Source of the DNA: Ramazzottius varieornatus
Lineage: Eukaryota; Animalia; Tardigrada
Length of the DNA: 64,000 nt
Direction: 5' to 3'
Assembly: GCA_001949185.1 (NCBI GenBank)
Contig: BDGG01000006.1
Location: forward strand, 1,098,827-1,162,826
Shown: piece after piece, positions 36,084 to 49,299 of the stretch
Layout of the letters: each line of letters starts with the position of its first letter
How positions within the stretch are numbered: position 1 is the stretch's first letter
Position numbers and translations under genes: made by a program
The notes under the pieces: model-generated
Seen by the model: only the letters and a program-made list of their open reading frames with translations
Told to the model about the DNA's origin: nothing
Database searches by the model: none

Positions 36084-38430
36084 TCAATCAAATCAATCAA
36101 TGCAATGGTTGACTTCAGAAAACCAGTGGCCAGCAAAGAAACCATGGCAAAGATTCCAATCAAATATGACATCCGTGACTGAGCAAAAAGAGAACTCTTG
36201 AATTTTTCAGGGCGAAAGTAAAACAAAATCAAAACATGTAAGTCAAAATAACTTTTCCCAACTGATACTTCTGGACAGTTTTATCTGTGAACGCTCGACC
36301 GTTGGAATAAGATTGTTTTTATTACACCTGCTTCTGTGAACATTTGTTTGTTTGGCCTTCTATTTACTTTATGGCTGTGAAAAGTGACGGCAACATCAAA
36401 ATGGATCGCTTCGTTATCACTCCGACAACTGTTTTTATCAACGGAATGTCAGACAGGACTGCTTTTTCTGTCTGGCTTCATGTTCCTTCTCACCGAGCAA
36501 AGAGAAACTGGCGGCGGTAAAACGATCGACAAAGGAGTGGAAAGCGCCAAATACCATATTTGCAAGGAATTCATAATTGGGATGCAGGCTGCCGTTTACG
36601 ACCTGCCAGACACTTTATCTAAGGCTCGTAATGGCGAGCCGAGAAGGAAAATCTAACATTCGCCAAATTTCACGGTTACAGCCGCACATGACGTCACACT
36701 ATGTGACTACTATCTGCGCGCCGAAGCTTCTTGCACCTGCAGGCACAGGTGCTATGTCATCCTACCGCTGCGCACCAGCGGATAGATGCACAGTGCGCAA
36801 CGCGCACAGTTTCTCGTTAGTTCTGTTTGCCATCGAATGGCTTCACCACAAAAAAATGATGTCGTTCAGAACTCCTTAGAGTTTTCTCTCAAAGGAACCT
36901 CATCTGCCATGATCAGATAATTATCGGGGTAGAAAAACTAGCACAATCCTTATCAACAAGTGTCTGTCAACATTCGCGAACCCGCAGGAAGTTCATACCG
37001 CGCCTGTCGCCTTCTCAAGCGCCTTATCTTCTCTTTTGACGTTGCCCAACATCAACAATGACAGAAAGCACCCAATATGTCGCTTCTTATCATTATAACA
37101 CCACCTAACCCATTATGAGAAGTCCTGTGACGATTCCATCGAGAGAGAAAGCAAAGAACATTACGGAAAGACGAATGAAGCGAAACAGAAGCTGCGTTTC
37201 ACTGCCGACTTGATTGTTTGAATCCCCTTGACGAGAACCTGATCAAGTAACGCACCACCAGTGCTTCAAGAGCGTTCCGCTGCGCCACCTCCAAGGGTGA
37301 CGCCCAGTCAGCTGATGGAATGGTTTAAGAATCGTCCTAGCTGCTTGCAGTAAGATTTCGTTACGAACGCAATGAACAGCAAGATGTAAATCAGACTGAT
37401 AAACAATTAATCCATCAGACAAACAAATTCTTACCTGGATCGACCGCAGATTCCACGAAGATGTCACCGCAGAAATGAATGGACTTCGGCGCTGGGTTTC
37501 TTTCTTTACCGAGCTCTGTCAGAATAATGTCCACGTGCGATTAGCGCCCGGATGCACCAGGTAGAAAGATCCTACAGCAACCTGTGAAGTCTAGGCGATT
37601 GTTTGTAATTACAAGCAAACAATGTCTCATTCGGGAACGAAGGTGGATCAAAGGGAAGAAAAACTTGGCTGCTGAACGTGACGACGCACAAAGACGAACT
37701 TTCCAGGCCGAAAAGTTCTTCTGGTGCATCTACTGCTTTAAGCAAAACAGCTCCGCCCACTTTTCAATGGATGCGCATGTGCACGCGATATCGAGCTACC
37801 AATCAGCTGGACCGTCTGACGACTCCCGGCACATAAATTTTGCCCTCTCTGACTCTCTGTCTAATCGACTTGGCAGCTTTTCTATGGAGTGAAACCAGAC
37901 AGGCCACCGGAGAGAGAGCCGCCAAATCGGCGGCTGATATCCACCCGGGCCATACTTTCAAATTATCGGTCCTTCTTCAGACTTGTCCGTAAATAATGCC
38001 CGAGGTTGTCGACGACGGTAAACTACTTGATTGGTTTGGTGTACGTTCCCGCACTGCTGTCAGTTGATTGCTTAGGCTTGATTGTTTGGGTTCAAATGGG
38101 GTGAAAATAAGAGCACGCTTCGCACAGATGATCGCCGATTATGACTTCTTCGATCGATATTCTTTCTCGTAATCAAACTTTTTCCTGTTGTATAGCATAG
38201 GTGGAAAATGTAGAGACGTCTTTGGAATACTTGTGAGTGTGGGAGATCATCTCCAAGTGGTTTGCTTCGTGGGGGAAGAGCGAATCCTTGAAGATGGCCT
38301 CGCCAAGCGATCATCTGCCTTTAGAGATTCGCGCGGATGAGAGGATCATGGAAGCGTAAGAATTTTTCTTATGGATGGCGGTCTGTGGTAAGATGTGTGG
38401 AAGTATGATGGGTTATATTGCACTTGGCAG

Positions 38431-41400
38431 GCATCGGATGGATTCGCTGAACATTCTAATCTACCTTCTCCTGATGGTGCTGACGGTGGTTACGGTGTGG
38501 ATGTTCAAGCATCGCCGCTTCCAGTACATCCACGAAACCGGACTGGCCATCATCTACGGGCTGATAATCGGCGCTATCATCAAGTAAGAAGATTTAGCAG
38601 TTCTATCCGATATCGTCCAAGGCCAAGTTCATCCAGAAAAGCTGTTTGAAACGCTGGAAGTAACTCCTGCTGTTTAGCTTGCTTTCTGCTCGTTAGGTTA
38701 GTATGTCAGTTAGCCTTGGAGTATAAATTGAGACTATTCCACGTGTGCTTCATCATACTGGGCCCTGGTTTCTACTCAGGTGTATAGTTGATCTGTAGCG
38801 TGAGAAAGAGAAACGAGTGTGCGATACGGGGTTTTGCAATTATCTTTCAACGTTCTGAATTTCTTTTCACAGATATGCAAGTCCAGCGTCCGAGATGTCG
38901 CACGTAGAAGTGCATCCCGTGGATTCACATAATCTTCAAGATGCGACAACCTACCAGAATGTTACGTCCACGACGACCACATCGGCCACAACTTCAACGA
39001 AATCATCCAGTAGTTCCTCCAGCACTAGCAGTGCAGCCAGTACGACCGAAACAGACCGAGTACTACGAGCGCCACCTGACAGTGTCTGGATGGAGTTGGA
39101 AGTGCAGAAAGATGCGAGAAGGTTGGAGAACAGAACGTATGCTTACATGCTACGCGGAGAAGTAGTCAACCGCGGGAAGGACAGTGAGACGTCCGGCAAG
39201 TTGCTTCAGCAGAAAGCCACCTTCGATCCGGAAATTTTCTTCAACATTATCCTACCTCCCATCATCTTTTCCGCTGGCTACTCCATGAAGCGCAGGCACT
39301 TCTTCCAGAACTTCGGAGCCATCTTCACGTTCGCCATCTTTGGTTCCATCATCTCGGTGTTCGTCGTGGCTGCCGTCACCTTCGCCTTCACGCGACTTAT
39401 GCCAGCTTTGGCCTTCACGTTCAACGGTAATTATTTTTTATTCTCGTGTAGATTTTGCTTTTCAATAGTTATCCGTACATTCTTGCCGACGGTGGGCTTC
39501 TTTGAACTGCCTCCTAATTTTCGCGACCGCAAGCGGCTCAAAGATCCAAGAGAATAAACAATAGCTTCGGCACGGCCTTGAGTTTCATGGCTTGTCCGCT
39601 CAAGGTCCACTCTAGACCGGAAATGGCTGTCTGATTGCTAAAAGCGTCAGCTCGAACTTTCGCTTTGCTTTACAGATTGTCTCTTTTTCGGTGCCATCAT
39701 TTCCTCCACCGATCCCGTCACAGTCCTCGCCATCTTCCACGACATCCGCGTCGACGTAACACTTCACGCTTTGGTCTTCGGCGAGTCAGCCTTGAACGAT
39801 GCAGTGGCCATCGTTTTCGCCAATTCAGTCCAGTCTTACGCCTACTACCGATCAGGCGAAGAGTTCGACTTGAAAGCTTTTTTCCGAGCCTTCGGCAACT
39901 TCTTCGGAGCTTTCTTTGGCTCTTCAGCCATCGGAGCAGCTCTTGGCTGTGCCACGGCGTTACTAACCAAGTTCACGCACTTGGCCGAGTATCCTTTACT
40001 GGAGACCGCGCTCTTCGTCCTGATGTCTTACTCGGTACTTTAAAGTTTAAACTACCTTTTAATCCAAATTCCATGGGACGCAGATTAATCAAGTCGACCA
40101 GATCGGTTTTTCTAGTGGCGCATGCTGTCACCCAGTAACACCGAAAACGTGCGCCACTTGGGAAATCGATAAGATCGCTTTTCTGTGTGGCGCGCTCTTC
40201 CAGCCAATAACACCGAGGACGTGCGTCACTTGACGAAGAAATTTTGCTGCGCCTTTTTGCCGAACTCAGAACAGTCAAAAGTAATTTCGTGACTGAGTGT
40301 TTCTTTTTCCAGACGTTCCTGATAGCCGAAGCAGCTGAACTGACAGGCATTGTGGCTGTCCTGTTTTGTGGGATCTTCCAAGCCCACTACACGTACAATA
40401 ACCTGTCGAAGGAGTCGCAGTTGCATTCCAAGTTTTCGTTTGAGTTGTTGAGTTTCCTGGCGGAAAATTTTATTTTCTCGTACATTGGTGTCTCCATGTT
40501 CACGTTTCCTTTCCACTACTGGTCAGTCCCCTTCATCATGGTGGCGTTCTTAGCGGTGATCCTCGGCAGGGTGTGCAACATTTACCCGTTGTCCGCCTTG
40601 CTGAACCTGGGAAGAAAGCGGAAAATCCCGCTAAACTTCCAGCACATGATGTTCTTCAGCGGTCTTCGTGGCGCCATTTCATGTGAGGAACTTTGTCTTT
40701 CCGAACGAATTCATTACACTTGTATGAATGTGTCCCTTTCTGTCGTAGTTGCATTGGCTATAAGGAACACGGTGACACCCGCGCGTCAAGCCATGCTGAC
40801 AGCCACCTCGGTGATCGTTATCGTGACCGTAACGGTGGCGGGTGGCGGCGCTGGCGAACTCCTTCACTTCCTCCGCATTCCCACTGGGGTTCCGGAGACG
40901 ACGAACGACTCTCGTCGACTTTCGATGTCGATCTCCGAGTCGACCCTCGCGCCACCTGGCAACGCTTACGGGACACTGGGCAACTCTTCCTCACGAGACC
41001 GAACATGGGCGGCCAGACTTTGGTAAGTGCCCGCACGACTTTCGGACTGCCTTTTTTCCCGCTCTTCGACTTTTAATTACCTTACTGAATATTTAAAATT
41101 TCATTCTTTCCATCTAATGGTTTTTTAGTGGTCTATCTGAGAGCTCGGCCAGATTGTGTTCCTAAGCGGCGCACGTTCTCAGTGTTGTCAGCTGGAAAAG
41201 TGCGCCACTTGGAACAACGATCCTGTGGAATCTATTTGCCGAACTCACATTTTCTTCGAGTTTCTTAAGTTATTGCTTTGTGCGCTGATTGCTGGGTAAT
41301 TTTGTTCCTGGTGTTCAGGCGGTCATTTGACGTGAGTTACGTGAAGCCCCTACTGACTCACAGTCGACCCACGCTGATGGATACCTGTCCGGAGTGTTGT

Positions 41401-41658
41401 GCGCCACTCGCTCGCTTCCTGACCAGTAGCCGCCAGTTCGGCAAGGATCGGTGGAGGGACGATGACGATGATGATCGATCTGGGTTCGCCAACCATGACA
41501 GCGTGCTGGAGAACGACAGCGACACGGTCATCACTATGCGTCCTTCAGAGTCCATAGTGGCCATGTCTACAGTTACATCCGCGCAACCTAGAGCGTCTCC
41601 TTCTGCCATCAGCGGACTGTCCCCGTCGGTGCTTGATAACCGTGACTTACCTGCTTGA
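38431..41658 (+). CDS. Organellar Na+/H+ exchanger, NHE6/7/9 (SLC9A6/7/9, Drosophila Nhe3) type; 5' exons further upstream not resolved
   Basis: [11 protein letters not shown]...[75 protein letters not shown] and [13 protein letters not shown] motifs in GT-AG-separated exons. Confidence 0.93.
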
Positions 41659-42384
41659 GAGGCAGCGTTTTCGTTCTTTTTTGAAGAAATTACGACAAGT
41701 TGTGATTTTTTGTTTCCCCAACTTTTTCTTTTTTTTCCGGTGTAGCAGCTCTTTCTCAGATGTGAAAGTTTTAGAAATTCCAATATTACGATCGACTCAA
41801 GTCTTCGGTCTCTTTTTGGTGGTTTACTTTTGTGTCGTTCGTCCTTGCATATTTGTACCAGATGCACTTTTGTTGTTTGCTGGTGTCGCGTATACTGTGT
41901 CGAATTACTTGGTTTAAACTAATTTCAAGTGCGGTTTGCGTCGTACTGTAGCTTTGAGCTTCGACTAGGTGAGCCATAAAATTAATCGGCAAAAAAACTC
42001 TTTCTGAGGCTGAAGACTTAGACGGTTAGACCGTAATCAAAAATAAGGTGTAGCGAAGTGTTGCCTTTTTCTTATGGGGAAAACCAGCTCTGCGTGCCAG
42101 CGCTGCTTCTTTTTCCGCGCTTCCAGGGAGATTTTTTCAGTTTTTTCGGGGGTTGCAGGTCCCAGAGCGATTTCATTTTCTTTGGGATATGTATAGAGAA
42201 GGTTAGGATTAGGCGTGAAAGGCAAAGCTTTTCCTTCAGGAATTCGTCGCCGAATTTCATCATAGAGGATCGCAGCGTCAGCATTGAGGTTAGCGCCTTT
42301 GCCGACTACGCGATGAAAATAATTAACAATGTTGGCTTCGAGCGTAAGATTCCCTAAGCGGATACCACTCGTATCCTCATTGTA

Positions 42385-45255
42385 CGAGGTGAAGTGCCAA
42401 ACTTTACTAGCGGCTAAAACATTACTACCTTGGGTTTCAAGGTGGCGTTGCGGTGCTGGAAAATCTAACAAGAAGCAGCCAGAGCAAGCCTTGCTGTGAG
42501 AGAAAAGTTAGTAAAGTTTCCGCGGAGATTTTCGTTTGGCCGAACTGTAATAGAAATCACTGTAGTTTTACTGTCACAAAGGTGGCACTGGACAAGGCTT
42601 TCTGCTTTAACCGCCTAGAACCTCGGCGAGGTAGCATTTGAACGACCTGATCTGGACAAAGAGTCGTTTTTAAAAAACAAAATTCGATACAATTATCTGC
42701 TACCGACTTCACTGTTTCTTTGCTCTGGGCTTCCTCGGCTTGGGAGGTGCTTTCAATGCGGAATTCGCACATTCGACGGCTTTCTTTGCGGTTCTGGCTA
42801 GCCGGGCTCGACCTGGAGCCTTGCTGGTGGATGGAACGGACGAATCTACTGGAACTTCGCTGGTCTTTGGCGTCTTCGGAGTTGCTTTCCGTGTGCGTGG
42901 GTTCTTCTTGGCGCTTACAGGGACATCATCGGGACGAGCAACAGCATCTTTCTTGTTCTGTTTCTTGGTCTTGGCTTTTTGTTCTTTGGCCTTGCGGATT
43001 GCGTCCAATTTGACACTGATGAATTCTGATCGAGTTAAAGCTAGCCGTGCTTGGGATCAAGACGAGAATCTTTTAGCTGTCTTTTTCTCTTTGGTGCCGC
43101 TTTCAGCAGATGAGCGTGGAAGTCAGTAGCGATAACTTGAGCAGCTGATGCGCGCTGGACAATCTGTTTGATCTGGATTAGGCATGTTCTAGTCTTGTCC
43201 TCGTCTAGGCCCAGGCTTTCTTGAAGAAATTTGGAAATCTCACCGTAATGGTACTTACGCGCGATCACTTCTTGATCCTCATCCTCATCTTCGTCCACCG
43301 GTAGATTTGGATAACGGTTGCTCTTAGTACGTCAGAGCTGAAGGGAAAGAGTCCTGTCAGCTCAAAGCCATGTTTCAAAGGACCGCCTAGGTTGAACGAA
43401 TATGGCGAAGCATTCGGAGCCCATAACTTGACAATATGCGACGGAAAGTTTTGACGAGTCACCTAAAATGAGCGGTTCAGAAAGACGAGAACTAGACAGG
43501 GGCTGATCAAGTCAGAAGCAAAAATTAAGTTCTTACGTCGATATCAGTGTTCATCCTTGAATCTTGAAGATACTGGCGCCACTTTTGTTTCACACCACCG
43601 AATACCTTCTTGTCCAAAGGTTGGAGGCAACTGGTTTGGCCGGAAGGTAAACACACCACTTCGATGCTCCTTTCCATACAAGCGGCGAGAAGTGCAAGGC
43701 AGTTCAGATGTGAACAATGGCCATCGTAGAATAAGATATTCTGAAAATGTAGATTATTTTTTTCGAAAATTTTTCAAGAATCAAATTTGTCTAGCCGAGC
43801 CGTACCTTTTCACAGGTTAGAGATGGAAGCCATTCTTTCTCAAGGTAATCCGTCAGCACAAAGGTGTCCATCACACCAGAAGCATTGGTACTTAGGAAAC
43901 ACTGGTCATCAATCTCGTCAAAGTGACTTTCGATGTGAAGTTTCCCGCTATACAGTATCAACGGCCGCAGCATCTTTCCGCTGGCGTTTCCCACAGCTAA
44001 AAGTGTCATATTGTCGCGATCACTTGCCGAACCTTTGACGTACCCAGTAACATTGGGCGTTCCTTTCTGGGCCTATCCTTTATCGTACATTTCAGCAAGC
44101 TTGAATCCGCTCTCATCGAGATTCCAAATTCCATCTGGATTACTCAAATATCCATCATCAGCGTATTCCTGCAGCAACTTGATCCATCCTTCACATCGAT
44201 CTCTGGTCCATTCTCTTGACTTCTTCATGCTTACAGCACAAAGCGTTCGCAACGACACCTCCTTATGCCTGCCCAAAAGATCTCGGTGCCACCGAGAACC
44301 GAACTTTCCTTCGTCAATGCCTATAAATAATACCATTCCACACATGAACAGAAACAGCTTCGCTAGCCCACTAGGTAGTTAAATTGACATGGGAATACCC
44401 GATCGGCGGAAGAGGAAGAGCTTTGATTACGGCACCTGTTTACGAAGAAGATTTACCTTTGTGAAGTGCAATTGTTCGGACGATTTCCATCAGTTTCCTC
44501 TTGTTGAGCGGTGCTCCAACCTTTGCGCAGCACAGTAAGATGTCACAGATCTCTTTCTCCTCCTCATCCGTAAAAGTTCGAGGTCTGCCAACCTTCTTCG
44601 TATGAACTCCGTTGATCTTATTGCTCAGCGTCTTCTGAGGGATACCGAAGTGTTTTGAGGCTCGGTTCGTAGTCGTCGCTCCGCTCTCGATTGCTGCCAA
44701 CGCATCCAGCAGACCAGTATGATTTCCGTTGTACTTCCTCACAGGCTTCTCCATGTTCGCACAGCAGTATTACAGCGATAATATTATCGCAGTCAAAGAA
44801 GAACAGAAAGGACTAGCGAGGACAGCAAATTTCAGCAATGCTGAATGATTTACAAAATGAAATTCACAAAACTTTTAAGTGGGAAACATTTAATATCAAT
44901 TAATCAAGGACTTGTCCTTGGGATAATCTGGTGCTGCGGAAACATTATTAACTTTTCAAGCGACGAGGCAGGCTGCTGCCTTACTCAGGTGAAGTCAGCT
45001 GACCGACCGGAAACGTGTGGCGCCGCTCTTCAGGGAGTGTTTTCCCTAATATCGAGGAAGAGTCTGGACAGTTTAAATTCCTGTGTCTGTATCCCTACTC
45101 GTTTTTCAGTTCGCCTCACCAAAAGCCAAGACAAGAGCCTGCTGAATTTTTTAAGAAAAGGAGCAAGCAAATCTATCCAATACGCGTTGAGAAATCCTTC
45201 TCTAAAGGTGCTTAGCAATGTTTTAGCCGCTAGTAAAGTTTTGCACTTCACCTCG
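42385..45255 (-). mobile_element. pogo/Fot-like DNA transposon, 2871 bp, 43-bp TIRs, TA target duplication
   Basis: TIR CGAGGTGAAGTGC(C/A)AAACTTTACTAGCGGCTAAAACATT(A/G)CTA at 42385-42427 and, inverted, at 45213-45255; TA at 42383-84 and 45256-57. Confidence 0.93.
42709..44754 (-). pseudogene. Intron-containing pogo-type DDD transposase (HTH_psq + CENP-B HTH + DDE_1) with an in-frame stop
   Basis: ASKHFGIPQKTLSNKING and GRPRTFTDEEEKEI (HTH); IWNLDESGF; FYDGHCSH...CLQPLD with 36 residues between the last two Asp; TAG at ~44073; basic C-terminal tail. Confidence 0.85.
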
Positions 45256-45927
45256 TACTGAAGGTCTTGCTGTCGCTTTAGCTAGTTGAGTGATTTCTGA
45301 CCTTCAAATTTAGCAGTCGCTGGTAGATCCTTTGTTAAGCGCTTAATTTGCTCGTCTGTTAAGCCGTGAGCAGTGGCCGACGTCTTTGTCTTCGGCTGCG
45401 GCGCTGACGTCGACGACCCACGAGTATTGGTTCGTTGATCATTGGAAGAGTAGGCTGTGGCGGCGCTGCCGACCGCCTACGCCGGATGGGCGTCGACGTG
45501 AGGATCGGCGTAACCGGTCTCGGTGCTGGGAAGGGCGTCGACGCCGCCGGAAACCGCCATGCCCCATCGACAGACGGCGGGGTCGCCGTTGGGGGGGGGG
45601 GAGGGACGGTGTTGCGTAACCTCTGTTTCTGTTCCGCTACCTCGGCTTGCAGGTGTCGCAGACGAGAACTGGCGAATTGCAGAGTCATGTTTTAGAAAGA
45701 GAAATTCTAATAGTAAGCTACCAAATCGGTGGCTTTTATAATCGTCATCCAGTGATGGCTAGACTGGCACTAGACTGTAACGAACGACGGGACGGTTCAT
45801 TATTGTTTTCAGTATTGCTGGAAGGACTGCTTTGGGCTTTCAGCGCTGGTCTACAGCGCTTAAAATATCTCAAAGTGACTTCAGCTAAGCGACGTAAAGG
45901 TTCGTAGCAACCTTTCTTAGTCAAACA

Positions 45928-46197
45928 CTATTTTGAAATCTTTTTACTGGTCCAACTGTTGGCTAGAATACGCAACAATGACTTATGGCGGCGAAAAAAA
46001 GCGATGCCGTCATCGTCGTCGGTCAACGGTAAGTTGCCGCAGAGTAAATTATAGCACAGTTCAGCTAAACCCTTGGTCAGCTCAGGTGTCAGAGTACGAA
46101 GAAGGGCGTACCCAATTTCTGGACCTTCGTTGGCCAGGACATGTAGCAGAGATTTTATTCGAAAGATATTCGATGGTAATCTGCCAGGTAGAACCAT
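45928..46197 (-). CDS. Small Polinton/adintovirus-type conserved protein
   Basis: LAELCYNLLCGNLPLT...RRHKSLLRILA resembles the 'CECxLNxLxGNVPL' ORF that commonly lies next to the Polinton ATPase. Confidence 0.55.
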   Translation of the reverse strand: MVLPGRLPSNIFRIKSLLHVLANEGPEIGYALLRTLTPELTKGLAELCYNLLCGNLPLTDDDDGIAFFRRHKSLLRILANSWTSKKISK

Positions 46198-46276
46198 TTA
46201 TCTCTGGGATAGGTAGATAGAATTGAAACGATCTACTCCGAAAATGTCTGAACGCAGACGTCCCTTCTCTGGACAA

Positions 46277-46850
46277 TTACATGTCAAGTCGACGACTAAA
46301 ATAGGCAAATGGCCGTCCTTGAGTACATGACTGGTAGGCCGAAATGAGGTTGTGACAGACACTGCTGAGTTTTCTGCCTAACAGAGCGATTTGCGTGGCA
46401 AATCGATGGCTTTTAAGCAGAATAATATATCGACTGTTCAGCGCGGCCACGCGAAACTGTTCATTATCGAAAAACAGTGTCTGCGTTAGCAAAACAATCG
46501 AACAGGCTGAGTGATGCGAATGCACACTAAAAAACCTAGCTAATACATCGTCCTTGTTATTGATTTCAAATAGCAAGTCATCAACAATCAACAAAATGTT
46601 GTGACACTCTTTGAGGAATTCGGTATTCTCAAAGTCTGGTAGGCCAATTCGTAAGACAACGTTAGGGACTGTCTGGAGCAATTCGTCGTGCAGTGCTTGT
46701 TGGGTGCCTGCAGGGAAATACCGTTGTATTTTTTACGGAAAGGTTCAGTTGGTCGTTCTTGCAGTACGCACTTCCAAAACTCACTCTTACCCGACTGCGT
46801 TGCTCCACCACAGAGTGCCGTAACGGGAGCTTCAAACCGGAATGGTTTGA
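46277..46850 (-). pseudogene. Polinton DNA-packaging ATPase (FtsK/A32-like), frameshifted
   Basis: Walker A GGATQSGKS (~46780-46810), Walker B LLIVDDL, SHH..SIVLLTQ.LF and LNSRYIILLKS. Confidence 0.82.
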
Positions 46851-46852
46851 GG

Positions 46853-47760
46853 TTAACACAGTCGGAGAGGGCTAGTGTGGATGCCTTCGTCAGCCACGCA
46901 ACGTTTGTAGTAGAAATAGGACAGTGCCGTCTTATGCTGCTCTACCGTTAACGTATGCCCGTTTTCGTAGAGAAAACTTCGGTTTACACCCTGAATAGGC
47001 TGGTGGTTTTGTAAAACCGCCAAAAATTCTTCCACCCGTAAGTCATTATGACTTTTCTGAACCCCTTTACAAGCGCGTTTCGTTTCATTGTGGCCATAGG
47101 CAATGTGCAGTTTTGGTCCTAGTGCGACAACGCCTTGGCCTTCAAACTCCAGTTTGAAGAGACCGCGTTTCCGCTGAGCTCCTTATGATTCGGCGCATTG
47201 CGGTCAGGCACCAGCCATTCATCACGCTCGCGAAGAAACACTTCGCGGTAACGTGCCTTGACCATCTCTATCCATGATGTACGCGCAAAGGCAATGTACA
47301 GGCTGTCAGTGTCTGTCAGAATCAGTTCGAACATGTTGCGATCTAGAAATCTATACAAAAAATCATGATAAACTTCCAACATGCTTAATTTTGCATATCC
47401 GTACCCACATTCCACAAATGATGCCAAACGGATGCGATGAGGTATATCGTCTGTCATATACCTCATCGCTTCCGTATCGCGTGTCCGGGAGGGCATTCAG
47501 AAGCGGATGTTTGGGGGAAGCGGAAGTGTCGACAGATACTGATTCGCAGTTTTCTTACACGCATCCGCAGTTCGAAAATGTAGCCTACAGACACTGAGAA
47601 TCCTACCTCTTTCACAATTTTGGATGCTCAATAGAGAGAAACGGGAGGCTAGTTGAATCGACGGCGAGACTTTTCACAAAGGTCCATCATCAGATTCGAA
47701 AACTAGGTCTTTGGATTGTACTCCTGAAGTACCCTCGCCGGGGTCCATACTCTTTCTCAT
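46853..47760 (-). pseudogene. Protein-primed family B DNA polymerase, C-terminal part
   Basis: YAKLSMLEVYHDFL...ELILTDTDSLYIA (Pol B DTDS motif) and terminal KTALSYFYYKRCV.DEGIHTSPL. Confidence 0.82.
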
Positions 47761-49299
47761 GTTGTACAGCCGTTTGCCAAACGCTATGACCACTTCGGTA
47801 CTGGTGGCTCTTGCTCGCTCGTCATGCATGGAAACCGGATGAAAGGACTTAATCCAACCTGAGAAGAAACATTGCCATTAGAAATAGATCTTGAACTTGA
47901 ACAAGCGGTAGACGAAAATCCTCTTACCGACAATGTCAGTAACGACACCGTTCCCCAGGGCCGCCTGAAGCCCAAATCCACGACCCACGAACAAATCCAG
48001 AGCGTTGTGCCTTGGACCAAAGAACAGTAGGGCTAAATCGACCGCGTCGATAAACGGGTTCCTATGGAGTTCACTCTTGCAGGTTTTGAAACGAGTGCCG
48101 CAGACCCACACGTTGCTTCGAGGAACAGTTCCACCTTGCCGAAGTCTCCCGTCTTCAGTGACAGCCTGGTTTCCTCCAGAGTTCTACGCTGATTAGGATT
48201 CAGCTCGCCTACAAAAACTGAGTTAGTTTTTAGTACCTGAAAAACTGCAGAAAATTTTCATAAATTTTCTGTGTATGTCTATGTAACCTGTTGAAGTACG
48301 AGTCGTCTCGAAAGGGAGAAATTTTCCGCGGCCAAACACAGGTCTGGGAGCCGTCTTCAGAGACTGTGGGGATCGAAGAACTTGGACTTCCGACTACGGA
48401 GTGTAACTCCCGATGGCTGAAGGAGTTACTTGCAAATGTATGAAGTCGGTCGTAGGTATGAAGGTGCACTTTACGATAAAGATTTCGAACATACTAGACT
48501 GTTTCGGTAGTTTAACTGCACCTGAAAGTACAAATGGTGATCAGAATAGGGTTCCAGGGATGATTGAACGTCCAGTCACTTACCGGAAGTCCCTACATCA
48601 GACGGCTTCGCCTGCTTCTTCTCGCCTCCCTCGGACTTTCTTCCTCTGGAAGATCCCGGTTTTGCCATACCTGCAATACAGAACACAGGAAACTTCGTCA
48701 AGGTGCAGCCTCACCTTTAACTGTAATCAGCATCAGCTCTGAAATTACTCCGGAATAATCGCGAAAAAAATTACAAGACTAAAATTGTCAAGCAAGAAGT
48801 ACCGCTACCGCTAACGGCTTACAAGGGGTACACCCCAGGCTTATCCGGACCGGGAAATGCAAAACGTGTGACAGACCAGGGTACAAATTTCCCAAACACC
48901 ATATGTTTTTGGCTCCAAAAACCAGGTTCTTGGTCAGAAAAATTTTCCAGCTAGGGAAAAATGCGCCGAAAGCAAATGATTGGTTGAAATTTAGTATTCG
49001 GCCTACTGACTAAAACCATGTGTGCGCTTACACGTCCTACTGCACTGCGAAATCGCTGGTTGAAAATCTCCTTTTTTTCTTTCAGAGTTTGTTTTCTCGT
49101 TTGAACTATCAAGAAAATTATACCTCATAACATGGAACGGAAAAGATCACACCGGAAATCCTCTGCGTACTGGATAGCTGCTACTGAAGGCCGGATCAAG
49201 AGTCGCAAACTGCTGCGTTGTCGGGGCCCGAAAGCTGACGTATTAACCAAACAGCCATTGGTGTTATTACGAATATAAATAATATCATTTTTTTAGGTT

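Larger units (their letters stand above)
42037..47760 (-). mobile_element. Decayed Polinton/Maverick (adintovirus-like) relic, interrupted by a pogo element
   Basis: Same-strand array of pPolB, packaging ATPase and two small Polinton-type ORFs, with stops and frameshifts. No capsid, integrase or TIR seen in the window. Confidence 0.8.

Noticed and set aside
42037-42471. Standalone 144-aa gene sharing SNVLAASKV with ORF 44845-45261
   Set aside because: The shared peptide is the translated pogo TIR; the remainder is the distal half of an interrupted Polinton ORF.
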